From positions 192,001 to 256,000 of the forward strand of contig CAWDVW010000006.1 in NCBI GenBank assembly GCA_963805855.1: a DNA stretch of 64,000 nt, in the 5' to 3' direction. Position 1 is the first letter of the stretch. Each line of letters begins with the position of its first letter. Positions 9,677-19,796 of the stretch are shown here, piece by piece. The stretch is from Candidatus Dadabacteria bacterium (lineage in GTDB: Bacteria; Desulfobacterota_D; UBA1144; Nemesobacterales; CSP1-2). Position numbers and translations under genes: made by a program. The notes under the pieces were generated by a model. The model saw only the letters and a list, made by a program, of their open reading frames with translations, was not told the DNA's origin and did not search any database.

Positions 9677-11404
9677 TTGAGATACAAAGATTTTTTTATC
9701 CCGACGCTAAAGGAAGATCCCGCCGACGCGGAGGTATTAAGCCAGAGGTTAATGATCCGGGCGGGGATGATAAGAAAACTTGCGGCGGGAATCTATAATT
9801 ACCTGCCTTTAGGGCTTCGTTCTATCAGAAAGGTTGAGAACATAGTCAGGGAAGAGATGAACCGCGCAGGAGCAATTGAGTTGCTGATGCCCTTCGTACT
9901 TCCTTCGGAACTTTGGAAGGAAAGCGGCCGGTGGGAGAAATATGGAAAGGAGCTTTTGAGATTTAAGGACAGGGCTGAGAGGGAATTCTGCATCGGGCCA
10001 ACGCACGAGGAGGTAATTACAGATATTGTTAGGAAGGAATTCAGGTCGTACAAACAACTCCCTGTTAACCTTTATCAGATCCAAGCAAAATTTAGAGATG
10101 AAATTCGTCCTCGTTTTGGTGTGATGAGAGCAAGAGAATTCATAATGAAAGATGGTTACAGTTTTGATGCAGACGGTGAGGGAGCGGAAAGGTCTTACTG
10201 GTTAATGTACGAAGCATATAACCGTATTTTTGAGAGATGTGGTCTCGAGTTTCGGGCTGTCCTTGCGGATACGGGAAACATTGGCGGGAGCTTTTCACAT
10301 GAATTTATGGTTCTTGCTCCAACAGGCGAAGACATAATAATGAGTTGTAATAAGTGTGACTATGCCGCGAATCTGGAGCTTGCAGAGATAGGTGATAGAA
10401 GAAAAAATGAAACTACTAAAGACAATGAAGAGAGCATGAGTTTATCTGAAGTACATACCCCCGATCTGAAATCTGTTGAAGGTGTTTCGTCATTTCTAAG
10501 AGTGCGCCCCAGTAAATTAATAAAAACAATGATAATAGAGACAGAGGGTGAACCCGTTGCTGCGCTTGTGAGGGGTGACCATGAATTAAGTCTTACAAAA
10601 CTTAAGAGGGCTATAGATGCCGAATATGTCGAACTTGCGACAGAAAAAGCGATCGAAGAAGTTACGAGCGGGCCAATTGGTTTTAGTGGACCAGTCGGAA
10701 TCAAGATAAATGTTATAGCGGATCGGGCAATCGAGAATATTAGAAATGGTATTACGGGCGCGAATAAAAAGGACTTCCATCTGATAAATGTCAATCTGAA
10801 TAGGGACTTCTCCGCTGATAAGTTTGCGGATATTCGGGTAGCGTGTAACGACGACCCCTGTCCGAAATGTGGCGCTGGCTCTCTAAATTCAAGCCGCGGT
10901 ATAGAGGTAGGGCATGTTTTTATGTTGGGTACCAAATATAGCGAGGCGATGGATGCTACTTTTGTAGATGCTTCCGGTAAAGAGAGGTTTTTTATTATGG
11001 GTTGCTATGGTATTGGGATAGGTAGAACTGTTGCCGCAGCAATAGAGCAGAATTATGACGACAACGGGATAGTTCTCCCTATCTCAATTGCCCCATTCGA
11101 GGTGATTATACTCCCACTCAACATTAGGCAGGAGCAAATATTTAATGTAGCTGAGGATCTTTACTCAAAATTGAACCAATCCGGTATTGAGGTCGTGATT
11201 GACGATAGAGAGGAGAGTGCAGGAATTAAATTCAAGGATGCAGATTTATTGGGGATCCCGATTCATATTGTAATAGGCCAAAGAACACTTAAAGAGGATT
11301 CGGTGGAGATAAAGCTGAGGAAAGGTGGGGTATCAAGGAAGGTGAAAGTAAGGGAAGTCGAAAAGGAAATCAGGTCTATTCTTTTATCGACGAGCCAAAT
11401 GTAA
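9677..11404 (+). CDS. proS: Proline--tRNA ligase (with YbaK-like editing insertion)
   Basis: PTHEE, KFRDEIRPRFGVMRAREF, GIEVGHVF, MGCYGIG; TTG start after GAGG. Confidence 0.97.
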   Translation: MRYKDFFIPTLKEDPADAEVLSQRLMIRAGMIRKLAAGIYNYLPLGLRSIRKVENIVREEMNRAGAIELLMPFVLPSELWKESGRWEKYGKELLRFKDRAEREFCIGPTHEEVITDIVRKEFRSYKQLPVNLYQIQAKFRDEIRPRFGVMRAREFIMKDGYSFDADGEGAERSYWLMYEAYNRIFERCGLEFRAVLADTGNIGGSFSHEFMVLAPTGEDIIMSCNKCDYAANLELAEIGDRRKNETTKDNEESMSLSEVHTPDLKSVEGVSSFLRVRPSKLIKTMIIETEGEPVAALVRGDHELSLTKLKRAIDAEYVELATEKAIEEVTSGPIGFSGPVGIKINVIADRAIENIRNGITGANKKDFHLINVNLNRDFSADKFADIRVACNDDPCPKCGAGSLNSSRGIEVGHVFMLGTKYSEAMDATFVDASGKERFFIMGCYGIGIGRTVAAAIEQNYDDNGIVLPISIAPFEVIILPLNIRQEQIFNVAEDLYSKLNQSGIEVVIDDREESAGIKFKDADLLGIPIHIVIGQRTLKEDSVEIKLRKGGVSRKVKVREVEKEIRSILLSTSQM

Positions 11405-11408
11405 AGAG

Positions 11409-11468
11409 ATGCAGGATGCACGATGCATGATCCATGATTAAGAAAAACTTTTACGTTCATCTTGCATC
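11409..11468. repeat. Short heptamer tandem repeat with distal inverted copy
   Basis: GATGCAG GATGCAC GATGCAT GATCCAT followed ~20 nt later by CATCTTGCATC. Confidence 0.5.
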
Positions 11469-11480
11469 AATCTTTAAAAA

Positions 11481-12219
11481 ATGTCTAAACTTGACCTTAA
11501 ACCCGAAGAACGAATAATTTTAGCCCTGGATATTCCCTGAATTAGAAGGGGCTAAAGCCTGGGTCAAAGGCTTCGCGGCAAAGATTAAAACGTTCAAGGT
11601 CGGCCCGATCCTTTTTTTAAACTGTGGGCCGCAGGGAATCAGAGATCTCGCAGAAACGGGAGCTCGGATATTTCTGGATCTTAAATTCCACGATATTCCC
11701 TCAACTGCGGAAAAGTCCGCAAAACAAGTTGTTGGTTATGGAATTAGTATGTTTACTGTCCATGCCCTGGGCGGGTTTGAAATGATGAGAGCGGTTTCGG
11801 AGGGTGTAAAAGCGGAATCCGAAAGATTGTCACAGCCTAAACCCCTCATACTTGCGGTAACTATTCTAACAAGTCACAGTGAAGGGGAAATAGATGAGTT
11901 AGGGATTAAAGGTTTACCGATAGAATCGGTTCTCAGGCTGGCTGATATTGCAGACGTAGCTGGCGTGGATGGAATAGTATGTTCGGGTATGGAGGTGGAG
12001 GTGTTAAAAAAAGAATTCGGTGATAGGTTTAAATTTGTTGTTCCGGGTATAAGGCTCGATAAGTGCGCTCAAGACCAAAAAAGAATTGTGACTCCTTCTG
12101 AAGCTGTTTCTTTGGGAGCAGATTATCTTGTAATAGGGCGGGCTATAACCGGATCGAAAAATCCCGAAGATGTGCTTGATGAAATTATCCATTCTATAAC
12201 TCAAACCGTTTCCAATTAA
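11481..12219 (+). CDS. pyrF: Orotidine-5'-phosphate decarboxylase; one frameshift near 11535-11540 (likely extra C)
   Basis: ATG 11481 gives MSKLDLKPEERIILALDIP*; the +1 frame continues ...FKVG...IFLDLKFHDIP..., then FTVH, VTILTS, VVPGIR, DQKR, VIGRAIT. Confidence 0.9.
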
Positions 12220-12393
12220 AAAGTGTTTATATAGTCTATATTAAAAACACAAACTGTAGGAGTGGCTTCTAGCCACGATTCATATGCACCAAAATAATGA
12301 TCCTAGCAATTTTATCGATATGAACATTTAGTATTTGGAGATAGGATCAGTTGGATTTGAGCCCAACGACTGACAAGCTTTCATGAGCTCTTT

Positions 12394-12723
12394 CTATTCA
12401 GGAATGTCCAGCGCGATTCGCAGAGCTTGGTCTAAGACCTCGATTTTCGATGGCGGGAGTGCGCCAACGTAATTAGTTAGAGCTGATTTCGGCAAACTCA
12501 CCAATTCGTCACAGTGTATGCTGCTGTCGTGCTTAAGACCTTCTCCTGGTCCCACCAATACCTGTGTAGACAAACCATCATGTATTGAATATATTGGTGC
12601 ACATATGACGGTAGAAAAGTGTGAATCGATTAGGACTTGACGACTGACTACTACAAATACCCTGTATTTTCTTGGATCTCTGGCCGAAGGGTGAGCGACG
12701 CGATAGAGTTCACCACGTTTCAC
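12394..12723 (-). CDS. PemK/MazF family mRNA interferase toxin
   Basis: MKRGELY..., R.FVVVSR, TVICAPI, GL.HDS.I.CD.L.SL.K..L...VG.L. Confidence 0.88.
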   Translation of the reverse strand: MKRGELYRVAHPSARDPRKYRVFVVVSRQVLIDSHFSTVICAPIYSIHDGLSTQVLVGPGEGLKHDSSIHCDELVSLPKSALTNYVGALPPSKIEVLDQALRIALDIPE

Positions 12724-12968
12724 GGAATCACCTGATAGTTCAAGACATCAGCTGCTTCTTTATTAAGGCGTTCGACTTGTCGATTTATTATGGCTAAGTC
12801 TCTGGCGTTCTGTTCGTCGCGAATCATCTTTGCCATGTATGCACGTAGGGCCGATTCGATGAATTCGGAGCGGTTCTTGAATTGTACTGACTGCTTATCA
12901 ATGGCTTGAAGAAGGTCTTCAGAAAGTGTGATGGAGGTCTTTATTTTCATACCACTAATATACTCCAT
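12720..12968 (-). CDS. Ribbon-helix-helix antitoxin (CopG/MazE-like), cognate to the MazF toxin
   Basis: [13 protein letters not shown].....NRSEFIE.ALR; overlaps the toxin start; true start probably the second Met. Confidence 0.82.
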   Translation of the reverse strand: MEYISGMKIKTSITLSEDLLQAIDKQSVQFKNRSEFIESALRAYMAKMIRDEQNARDLAIINRQVERLNKEAADVLNYQVIP

Positions 12969-13281
12969 ATGGATTTCTTGTCAATAACCCCTTGCGGGTT
13001 TCCCCATGACCTGAGTCAAGCAGAAAGGGACTATCGATCATCTTTTCGGGTACAAGCGTTGTTGAATATTTAAGAGTAGTGACGTCCGCTGAGGCTATTT
13101 ATCTAGTTGCGAACTACCAAGTAATAATACGGGCTAGAACAGGAGCAAATATCCGCAACACCATTCTTGATGAGATTATCCTCTTTATATCTTAGTCAGG
13201 CGGCCATGCTGTTGCCTCGCTGCCCGGGCGGGTGGCCGGGTACTCTGATTGTCCGGTTGTTTCAGGTGGTTATGACCCCCA

Positions 13282-13599
13282 CTAGCGGTTGCCTAACCGT
13301 CCGAGGGTGCTGTCGAGTGTACGCTTCAACTTCTCGGCGGCGCCGTCAACGGCCTGTTCCAGAGTCGCCGCCTGATGGCTCACCGCGATCGGCTGGAGAC
13401 CGGCGAGACGGGCCTCCAGCAGGCAGCGTTTATCCTCGATGCCGGATTGTTTGTCGCTGTTCTCGTCGCTAAGGTGGATTTCCACCCGTGTGATTTGCTC
13501 GCTGAAGCGGTCTAAGGCGTTTCTTACTACGGCTTCGACCTGTTGGGCCAGCGCGTCATCGCCTTCGATGTTGCTATCAGTGTTGATCTGAATGAGCAT
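13282..13599 (-). CDS. HPF/RaiA-family ribosome-associated protein (short form)
   Basis: MLIQINTD..IEG...RF..ITRVEIHLSDEN..K.G..DKRC.LEAR.AG..P.AV.H.A..L.QAVDGA..KL; start reassigned to ATG 13599. Confidence 0.85.
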   Translation of the reverse strand: MLIQINTDSNIEGDDALAQQVEAVVRNALDRFSEQITRVEIHLSDENSDKQSGIEDKRCLLEARLAGLQPIAVSHQAATLEQAVDGAAEKLKRTLDSTLGRLGNR

Positions 13600-13634
13600 G
13601 TGTCTATCCCTTACATGGCCGTCATGGCGGCGCT

Positions 13635-14185
13635 TCAGTAGCGGTAGATCGCAGCTATTCCCGTCTCCGAAGGCATCCGCTCGGCGGGGACGATTACGAC
13701 CTGTCCGCCCATCTTCAGGGCCAGCGCCCCAGGTCGTCCAGCACGTCATCAACCTCCGGGTGTGCCAGATCGTCAAACTCGATGTCGCCGGTCGCGGCAT
13801 CAATCCGGCCGGGAACCTCACGGCGGGCTTCGATCAGTAGCGTGGCGACCCGCCCGCCCGTGGCGACCTGGGCCAGTTCGTCGTCACCGAGGCCCTTGGC
13901 CTTCGCGTTCCCGAACTCCTCGACCAGTTCGGCCAGGCGCGCCAAATAGTGAGGCTCGATAATCTGCCAGGCGCGCTGGCGGAGTTCGTCGATGGACGAC
14001 AGGGCATCCGGGTGGATATCGATGCTTTCTTCTATCAGGAACGGGTTGTGGCTGACTCGGTGGAAAAGATGATGATGCTCCGGCAATCCCGCCAAGATCT
14101 GCGCCAGGCCCGATGGCCGCGAGAGGCAGGGGGGCTCACAAGCGGCCAAGCGCCCCGCTGCGTCGTCTTTATCGAGCATGTTCAT
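13635..14185 (-). pseudogene. Bacterial aeRF1-like (baeRF3 family) protein, internally deleted and frameshifted
   Basis: N-terminal 'PPCLS' joins directly to the C-terminal half 'RPSGL..ILAGLPEHH.LF..VS.NP.L...GRVATLLIE...DDVLDDLG'; out-of-frame tail reads LKMGGQVVIV..ERMPSETGIAAIYRY* to 13635. Confidence 0.7.
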
Positions 14186-14367
14186 TTTTTCCTCTCTCTT
14201 ACGTAATGCACTATAATTCCCTATGAGGGTACTATACTATACTGCAAGGCGTTTAATATTCGTATTATAACAAATCTAATTTGGATTCAAAGGGCTTTCG
14301 CGAAGGGTGTCGCGAACGGTGGGTTAAGACGGGTCGCTAGTCGCTGTAGTTTTCTAGAAAACCATAG

Positions 14368-14907
14368 CTAAAGCAACACTGGCGCCGATTCAGGTAGCAG
14401 ATGGAAAAAGCGTGTGCAATATAAGACAAAGATCAGCTTGCCATTGGGGAGCCGCTCTATGATCCAGTCTTCCCCCGCAACGGCCTTAATCAGGCTGGAT
14501 TCCGCGGAAGGAGGTTCAATGTATCGGGCCTCCCAATAGACGGTTCCAATCGCTCTATCGCGCGGTGGGGCGTCGGAGATTAGGGTAAGGTGAAAATCTC
14601 GGAGAAGATGTCTTTCGGCCGGCCACTTAGTATGACGCAGACGATGGTCTTCAAGCGTGAAGGTCTGTCCGTTGGGTGCATAGATCCGGGCATCGGAATG
14701 GCAGAAGAGTCTGCCGCTGCTACCCGCAGACTCTCCTGATGCAACGCCATGAAACCAGTCGTCTGCTAGATCGCAGACTTCCTTCACTGTAATCGCCCCG
14801 AGATGGGATCTAATGCTGAAATCTTCAAATCTTTTCTCGTTCCTCAGAATAATTAGGGTATTTCCCCAAGTTAATAGCACCAGAAAAATCGCGAGACTAC
14901 ATCCCAT
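14368..14907 (-). CDS. Hypothetical protein, possibly SnoaL/NTF2-like fold
   Basis: Helix followed by beta-rich 'RA.GTVYWEARY...IKAVAGEDWIIER...L.FVLY'; start uncertain. Confidence 0.4.
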   Translation of the reverse strand: MGCSLAIFLVLLTWGNTLIILRNEKRFEDFSIRSHLGAITVKEVCDLADDWFHGVASGESAGSSGRLFCHSDARIYAPNGQTFTLEDHRLRHTKWPAERHLLRDFHLTLISDAPPRDRAIGTVYWEARYIEPPSAESSLIKAVAGEDWIIERLPNGKLIFVLYCTRFFHLLPESAPVLL

Positions 14908-14996
14908 GAAACCTTTTTATCGAGTTTCGGAAACAATTTAATTGATCATTATGACAATTGTGGGGCACGCTGCTACGTGTAACTAAAGTTCTTGTA

Positions 14997-17606
14997 TCAG
15001 CTGGCGGCGGCTTTCCTTTTTTCCTTCTTAGCACTAAACGTAAAATCTCTGTTCTTATCGACATCGATTAAGATCGAGTTTCCTTCTTTAAAATTACCTT
15101 TTAGAATATCTGTTGCCAGCGGATCCTGAATTAATTTTTGTATTGTTCGCTTTAGTGGTCTTGCTCCATATACGGGATCGTAGCCCTTTTCAGCGAGCGC
15201 TTCCTTGGCGTTGTCAGTAAGCTCGATGGAAATCTTTCTTTCTTCCAATCTCTTTCTCAGGTGCTCAAGTTGAATTTCAACAATTTCCTTTATTTGCTCT
15301 ATTCCGAGAGGTCTAAAGATGATGGTTTCATCCACTCTATTGAGAAATTCTGGTCTGAAAGAGCTTCTCATGACCTCCATTACCTTTCTCCGCATCCCCT
15401 CTTCGTCGCCTATGAGTTCCTGTATGAATTGGCTTCCGAGGTTGGATGTCATAATGATAATGGTGTTTCTGAAATCGACCGTTCTCCCTTGCCCGTCGGT
15501 CAAACGTCCATCTTCGAGTATTTGTAGGAGTATATTGAAAACATCATTGTGCGCCTTCTCGATCTCATCTAAAAGAATTGCCGAGTAGGGGCGTCTTCTG
15601 ATAGCTTCGGTCAATTGACCTCCCTCTTCATAGCCAACATATCCAGGGGGTGCACCTATTAACCTTGAAACTGTGTGTTTTTCCATGTATTCGCTCATAT
15701 CCAGCCTTACCATAGCGGTTTCATCGTCAAACATAAATTCAGCAAGGGCCTTAGCTAGCTCAGTTTTACCAACTCCCGTCGGGCCTAGAAATATGAAAGA
15801 GCCAATGGGTCTATTAGGATCGGAGAGCCCGGCGCGTGACCTCCTTAGCGCGTTGGAAACGGCTTCGATCGCCTTATCCTGCCCAACAACCCTTTTTGCT
15901 AGCCGTTCTTCCATGTGGATAAGCTTTTCGATTTCACCTTCCATCAGCTTCGAAACTGGAACTCCTGTCCATTTGGAAACGATCTCTGCAATGTCTTCGG
16001 CATCAACTTCTTCTTTGAGCATCTTTTTTTCCTTTTGAATTTCGGCAAGCTCATTACTCAGATTCTCCAGTCTCTTGTTCAGGTCTGGAAGCTTTCCGTA
16101 TAGAAGTTCAGATGCCGTAGAAAGATCACCATTTCGTTGGGCTCTTTCAGCTTCCATTTTTACGCTGTCAATCTCTTCCTTTATGGACCTGATATTTGCA
16201 ATATGCTCTTTTTCTCTTTTCCAATGGGCTATTAAGCTGTTTATTTCCTCTTTTTGGTTTGCGATGTTTTTTTCAATGACCTTTAATTTTTCCTCTGACG
16301 CTTGATCCTTTTCCTTTTTTAGTGCCTCCTTTTCGATCTCCAGTTGCATTATACGCCTTTGTCTCTCATCAATTTCAATTGGCATTGAGTCGATTTCCAT
16401 CTTTAATCTGGCAGCAGCTTCATCTATCAAGTCAACTGCTTTATCAGGTAGGAATCTTCCGGTTATATATCTATTGGATAGAACACCAGCGGCAATCAAC
16501 GCTTCGTCTTTGATCTTAACCCCATGATGAACTTCATACTTTTCTTTGAGTCCCCTCAGGATAGAAATAGTCTCTTCTACGCTTGGCTCATCGACGAAAA
16601 CCTGTTGAAATCTTCTCTCAAGAGCGGCGTCTTTTTCAATGTGTTTTCTATATTCATCAAGAGTGGTAGCGCCAATACAATGTAGCTCACCTCGTGCCAA
16701 CGCTGGCTTAAGCATGTTAGATGCATCGACTGCACCCTCTGCAGCTCCTGCCCCAACTACTGTATGTATCTCATCGATGAATAATATTATCTCTCCCTCT
16801 GAGGATGTTACTTCTTTCAAAACAGCCTTGAGCCGCTCTTCAAATTGACCCCGATATTTGGCTCCGGCAAGAAGAGATCCTATGTCTAATGCAACGAGCC
16901 GCTTGTTCTTTAATCCCTCCGGCACATCTCCATTCACTATTCTTTGTGCTAACCCCTCTACGATGGCGGTCTTTCCCACTCCCGGCTCGCCGATCAGCAC
17001 CGGATTGTTCTTTGTCCTTCTGGATAGCACCTGTATGACCCTTCTTATTTCATCATCACGTCCTATAACAGGGTCGATTTTGCCCTGCCGTGCTAGTTCA
17101 GTAAAGTCCTTTCCGAATTGCTTCAGGGATTGAAAAGTGTCTTCGGGTGTCTGACTGGTAACTGTTTGGCCGCCTCGAACCTCCTTCAAAACCTTGATTA
17201 TGTTATCCCTTGTGACCCCATTCTTCTTAAATTCATTTTTAATCTCACCTATTGCATGCTGCACAATGCCAATAAAAAGATGTTCGGTGCTAACATATTC
17301 ATCACCCATTGATTTGGCTTCTTTCTCTGCTGTGCTGAAGGATTGGCTTGCTTCACGGCTTAGGTAGACCTGGTCTGAACCACCATCAACTTTAGGTAGT
17401 TTAGCAATTTCTTTTTGGGCTAATCCTCTGATTATTTGAGGATTAACACCAATCTTTCCCAAAATTTCGGTTGGAATACCCTGTTCTGAAAGCAGCGCAA
17501 GTATTAAATGTGGAATATCGATTATCTGGTTTCTTTCAGTCTGTGCAATGGACTGTGCTTCCGAAAGTGCTTCCTGGGCTTTAATTGTAAGTTTGTCGAA
17601 TTTCAT
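14997..17606 (-). CDS. clpB: ATP-dependent disaggregase ClpB
   Basis: Two AAA modules ([16 protein letters not shown]), [11 protein letters not shown], coiled-coil middle domain, [16 protein letters not shown]. Confidence 0.97.
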   Translation of the reverse strand: MKFDKLTIKAQEALSEAQSIAQTERNQIIDIPHLILALLSEQGIPTEILGKIGVNPQIIRGLAQKEIAKLPKVDGGSDQVYLSREASQSFSTAEKEAKSMGDEYVSTEHLFIGIVQHAIGEIKNEFKKNGVTRDNIIKVLKEVRGGQTVTSQTPEDTFQSLKQFGKDFTELARQGKIDPVIGRDDEIRRVIQVLSRRTKNNPVLIGEPGVGKTAIVEGLAQRIVNGDVPEGLKNKRLVALDIGSLLAGAKYRGQFEERLKAVLKEVTSSEGEIILFIDEIHTVVGAGAAEGAVDASNMLKPALARGELHCIGATTLDEYRKHIEKDAALERRFQQVFVDEPSVEETISILRGLKEKYEVHHGVKIKDEALIAAGVLSNRYITGRFLPDKAVDLIDEAAARLKMEIDSMPIEIDERQRRIMQLEIEKEALKKEKDQASEEKLKVIEKNIANQKEEINSLIAHWKREKEHIANIRSIKEEIDSVKMEAERAQRNGDLSTASELLYGKLPDLNKRLENLSNELAEIQKEKKMLKEEVDAEDIAEIVSKWTGVPVSKLMEGEIEKLIHMEERLAKRVVGQDKAIEAVSNALRRSRAGLSDPNRPIGSFIFLGPTGVGKTELAKALAEFMFDDETAMVRLDMSEYMEKHTVSRLIGAPPGYVGYEEGGQLTEAIRRRPYSAILLDEIEKAHNDVFNILLQILEDGRLTDGQGRTVDFRNTIIIMTSNLGSQFIQELIGDEEGMRRKVMEVMRSSFRPEFLNRVDETIIFRPLGIEQIKEIVEIQLEHLRKRLEERKISIELTDNAKEALAEKGYDPVYGARPLKRTIQKLIQDPLATDILKGNFKEGNSILIDVDKNRDFTFSAKKEKRKAAAS

Positions 17607-17641
17607 CTATCGATACCTCAAGTTATCTATTACCATTACCA

Positions 17642-17677
17642 TTCTAAAATATTACTAATCTGATAAAAATCAAGGAA
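17642..17677 (-). promoter_or_regulatory. Putative promoter/operator of clpB; motif shared with hsp20 upstream region
   Basis: Minus strand TTCCTTGATT-N16-TATTTTAGAA. Confidence 0.6.
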
Positions 17678-17800
17678 CCTATGATCATGGAAATTTATAT
17701 ATCAGACTTCAAGTATAGTGAAATTGTTCAATTGAGTCTATGCTTTACAAACGTTCAAAATTAGGTATATATAGACACCATTTAAATTCAGGAGGGTACC

Positions 17801-18004
17801 ATGGCTGTTGCGAGAATAACAGAAGTGATTGGTTCATCCGAGAAGTCCTGGGATGACGCGGTTAAAAATGCTTTCAATAGGGCGAACAAGACTCTCAGGG
17901 GTCTTACCGGTATAGAAGTAACAAAGATGAATGCCCACATTGAAAAGGGTAAAATTGTAGAGTATCGAGCCCACGTAAGAATTACATTTATTTTAGAGGG
18001 CTAA
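17801..18004 (+). CDS. Dodecin family flavin-binding protein
   Basis: 67 aa; EVIGSSEKSWDDAV.NA..RA.KTLR.L...EV......G.I.EYR....ITF; AGGAGG RBS. Confidence 0.9.
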   Translation: MAVARITEVIGSSEKSWDDAVKNAFNRANKTLRGLTGIEVTKMNAHIEKGKIVEYRAHVRITFILEG

Positions 18005-18239
18005 TTACTCCTAACTTTATTACCTTGCCACATTGTTTCTGTTATTTTTGGATTAGTCGATTAAGCGATGAACAGTATTGTTTTAAACATTTAAATGAGT
18101 TTTAATGGATTTCTCCTTGCACCTGCGGTGGCTTATAATTCTGTAAAATCTAAAAGTTCAATTACCTTTATTGAGATGATTGTTCTTTGTCGTGTAGTTG
18201 AACACTTAGCTTTCATAATTTCTATGAAGATATTTTTAA

Positions 18240-19112
18240 GTGAGGTTAATAAAATTGAAAGTCGATGAAATAAAAGAGGTAGGCGTAATAGGGGCCGGAA
18301 CAATGGGCTCAGGTATTGCTCAAGTCGTGGCAAGTAGTGGAAGGAAAGTGGTTTTAATTGACGTGTCTGAAGCTAACCTTGATAGAGGTATAAAAACCAT
18401 AGAGAAGAGCCTTGCCAGGATGGTAAAGAAGGGGGACATTGCGGAAAGCGATAGCCGAGCTATAGTATCAAATATTCAAGTGACAACCAGTTATGAGGAT
18501 CTGTCAGGTGTGGATATGGTTGTTGAAGCGATCTTTGAAGAAATAGGGGTAAAAAAGGAGACTTTTAAGAAGCTGGATGAATTCACAAAGCCGGAGATAA
18601 TTCTTGCCACAAACACGTCTTCACTTCCAATTGTAGAGATCGCTATAAGCACTAAGAGACCGGACAAGGTAGTCGGAATGCATTTCTTTAATCCCGCACC
18701 AATAATGAAGCTGGTTGAGGTTATCAAGTCGCTAACAACTTCTGATGAAACCGTACAGACTGCTTACGAATTTAGCAAAGCCCTCGGTAAGGACCCGGTA
18801 AAAGCCAAGGATGTACCTGGATTTATCGTCAATCGTGTTCTCATGCCGATGCTAAATGAAGCTGTATTTACTCTACAAGATGGGATTGGAAGTCCTGAGG
18901 ATATTGATAAGGCAATGAAACTGGGCACAAACCAACCTATGGGTCCCCTTGCCCTTATTGATTTAATAGGGCTTGACGTAACACTTGATGTTATTGACGT
19001 GTTATACAAAGAATTTCAGGATTCAAAATATCGTGCTGCCCCTCTTCTAAGACAGATGGTTCGATCCGGTTGGTTGGGCAGGAAGAGTGGAAGGGGCTTT
19101 TATGAATATTGA
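18240..19112 (+). CDS. hbd: 3-hydroxybutyryl-CoA / 3-hydroxyacyl-CoA dehydrogenase
   Basis: GVIGAGTMGSGIAQ, ATNTSS, GMHFFNPAP, PGFIVNR, PMGPL, G.LGRKSGRGFY; start may be TTG 18255. Confidence 0.9.
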   Translation: MRLIKLKVDEIKEVGVIGAGTMGSGIAQVVASSGRKVVLIDVSEANLDRGIKTIEKSLARMVKKGDIAESDSRAIVSNIQVTTSYEDLSGVDMVVEAIFEEIGVKKETFKKLDEFTKPEIILATNTSSLPIVEIAISTKRPDKVVGMHFFNPAPIMKLVEVIKSLTTSDETVQTAYEFSKALGKDPVKAKDVPGFIVNRVLMPMLNEAVFTLQDGIGSPEDIDKAMKLGTNQPMGPLALIDLIGLDVTLDVIDVLYKEFQDSKYRAAPLLRQMVRSGWLGRKSGRGFYEY

Positions 19113-19220
19113 GCAAGATTAATTGCTAAGTATAGTTGAAATTAGAAGAGCATCGTTCCCTGTTTATTTCTCGACTTCTGAACATACAAAAATCTACTCT
19201 ATCGTATGAGACATCTTAGA

Positions 19221-19622
19221 TTAAATAACCTCCCCCGCGTAACCTTCTGAAGCTCTAAATGTGAATTTAAATAGGTCCGCCGTTGAAATAATCCCAACCA
19301 ATTTTCTCTTGTCCATAACCGGCAGGTATCGCACATTCTCTTCATACATTACCCTAAGCACATCCTCTACATCGTCTTCCGCCTGCGCGCATTTAATACT
19401 CTGTGTCATAACCTCTTTGATCTTTGTGGTTTCTAGATCTTTGCCAAGGGCTACTACTCGTGTCAGGAGATCGTGTTGTGTAAATATACCAAAGGTAGGA
19501 CCCTCAATTTGCACAATAATAGCGCCAACGTCCTTCTCAGCCATGGTCTTAACTGCCTTACTTAACGGGGTATTCTGATCGACGGACACCACATCTTTTG
19601 TCATTATCTCATTTACTTTCAT
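19221..19622 (-). CDS. CBS domain pair protein
   Basis: Two CBS repeats (V.EIMT..V, GIFT..D, EVMT, RYLPV....LVGIIS..D). Confidence 0.88.
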   Translation of the reverse strand: MKVNEIMTKDVVSVDQNTPLSKAVKTMAEKDVGAIIVQIEGPTFGIFTQHDLLTRVVALGKDLETTKIKEVMTQSIKCAQAEDDVEDVLRVMYEENVRYLPVMDKRKLVGIISTADLFKFTFRASEGYAGEVI

Positions 19623-19727
19623 AATACTTTTTACCTCCTAATCTTTCTTACTTAATAATAAAATACATGATTTTCACAGGTAATAAATTTGTTCATAGAA
19701 TAGTCATCAATTTGTGAGATTCTATCG

Positions 19728-19755
19728 TTGACAAAGATTTATTAGATGGGATAAT
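19728..19755 (+). promoter_or_regulatory. Sigma70-type promoter for the enoyl-CoA hydratase gene
   Basis: TTGACA-16 nt-GATAAT about 40 nt before the start. Confidence 0.5.
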
Positions 19756-19796
19756 TATTTCCCGGTTGGTCAATCAAATAAAAACGCTTTTGGAGT

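Noticed and set aside
11538..11540. TGA in pyrF as selenocysteine or readthrough
   Set aside because: The conserved downstream sequence is in a different frame, so this is a frameshift, not an in-frame stop
12355..12395. GCCCAAC next to the mazF stop as an integron attC site
   Set aside because: No matching partner box with an internal palindrome could be identified, and there is no integrase or cassette array
13600..13821. N-terminal 74 residues of the 179-aa ORF 13282-13821
   Set aside because: Out-of-frame read of the baeRF3 tail; HPF homology starts at ATG 13599
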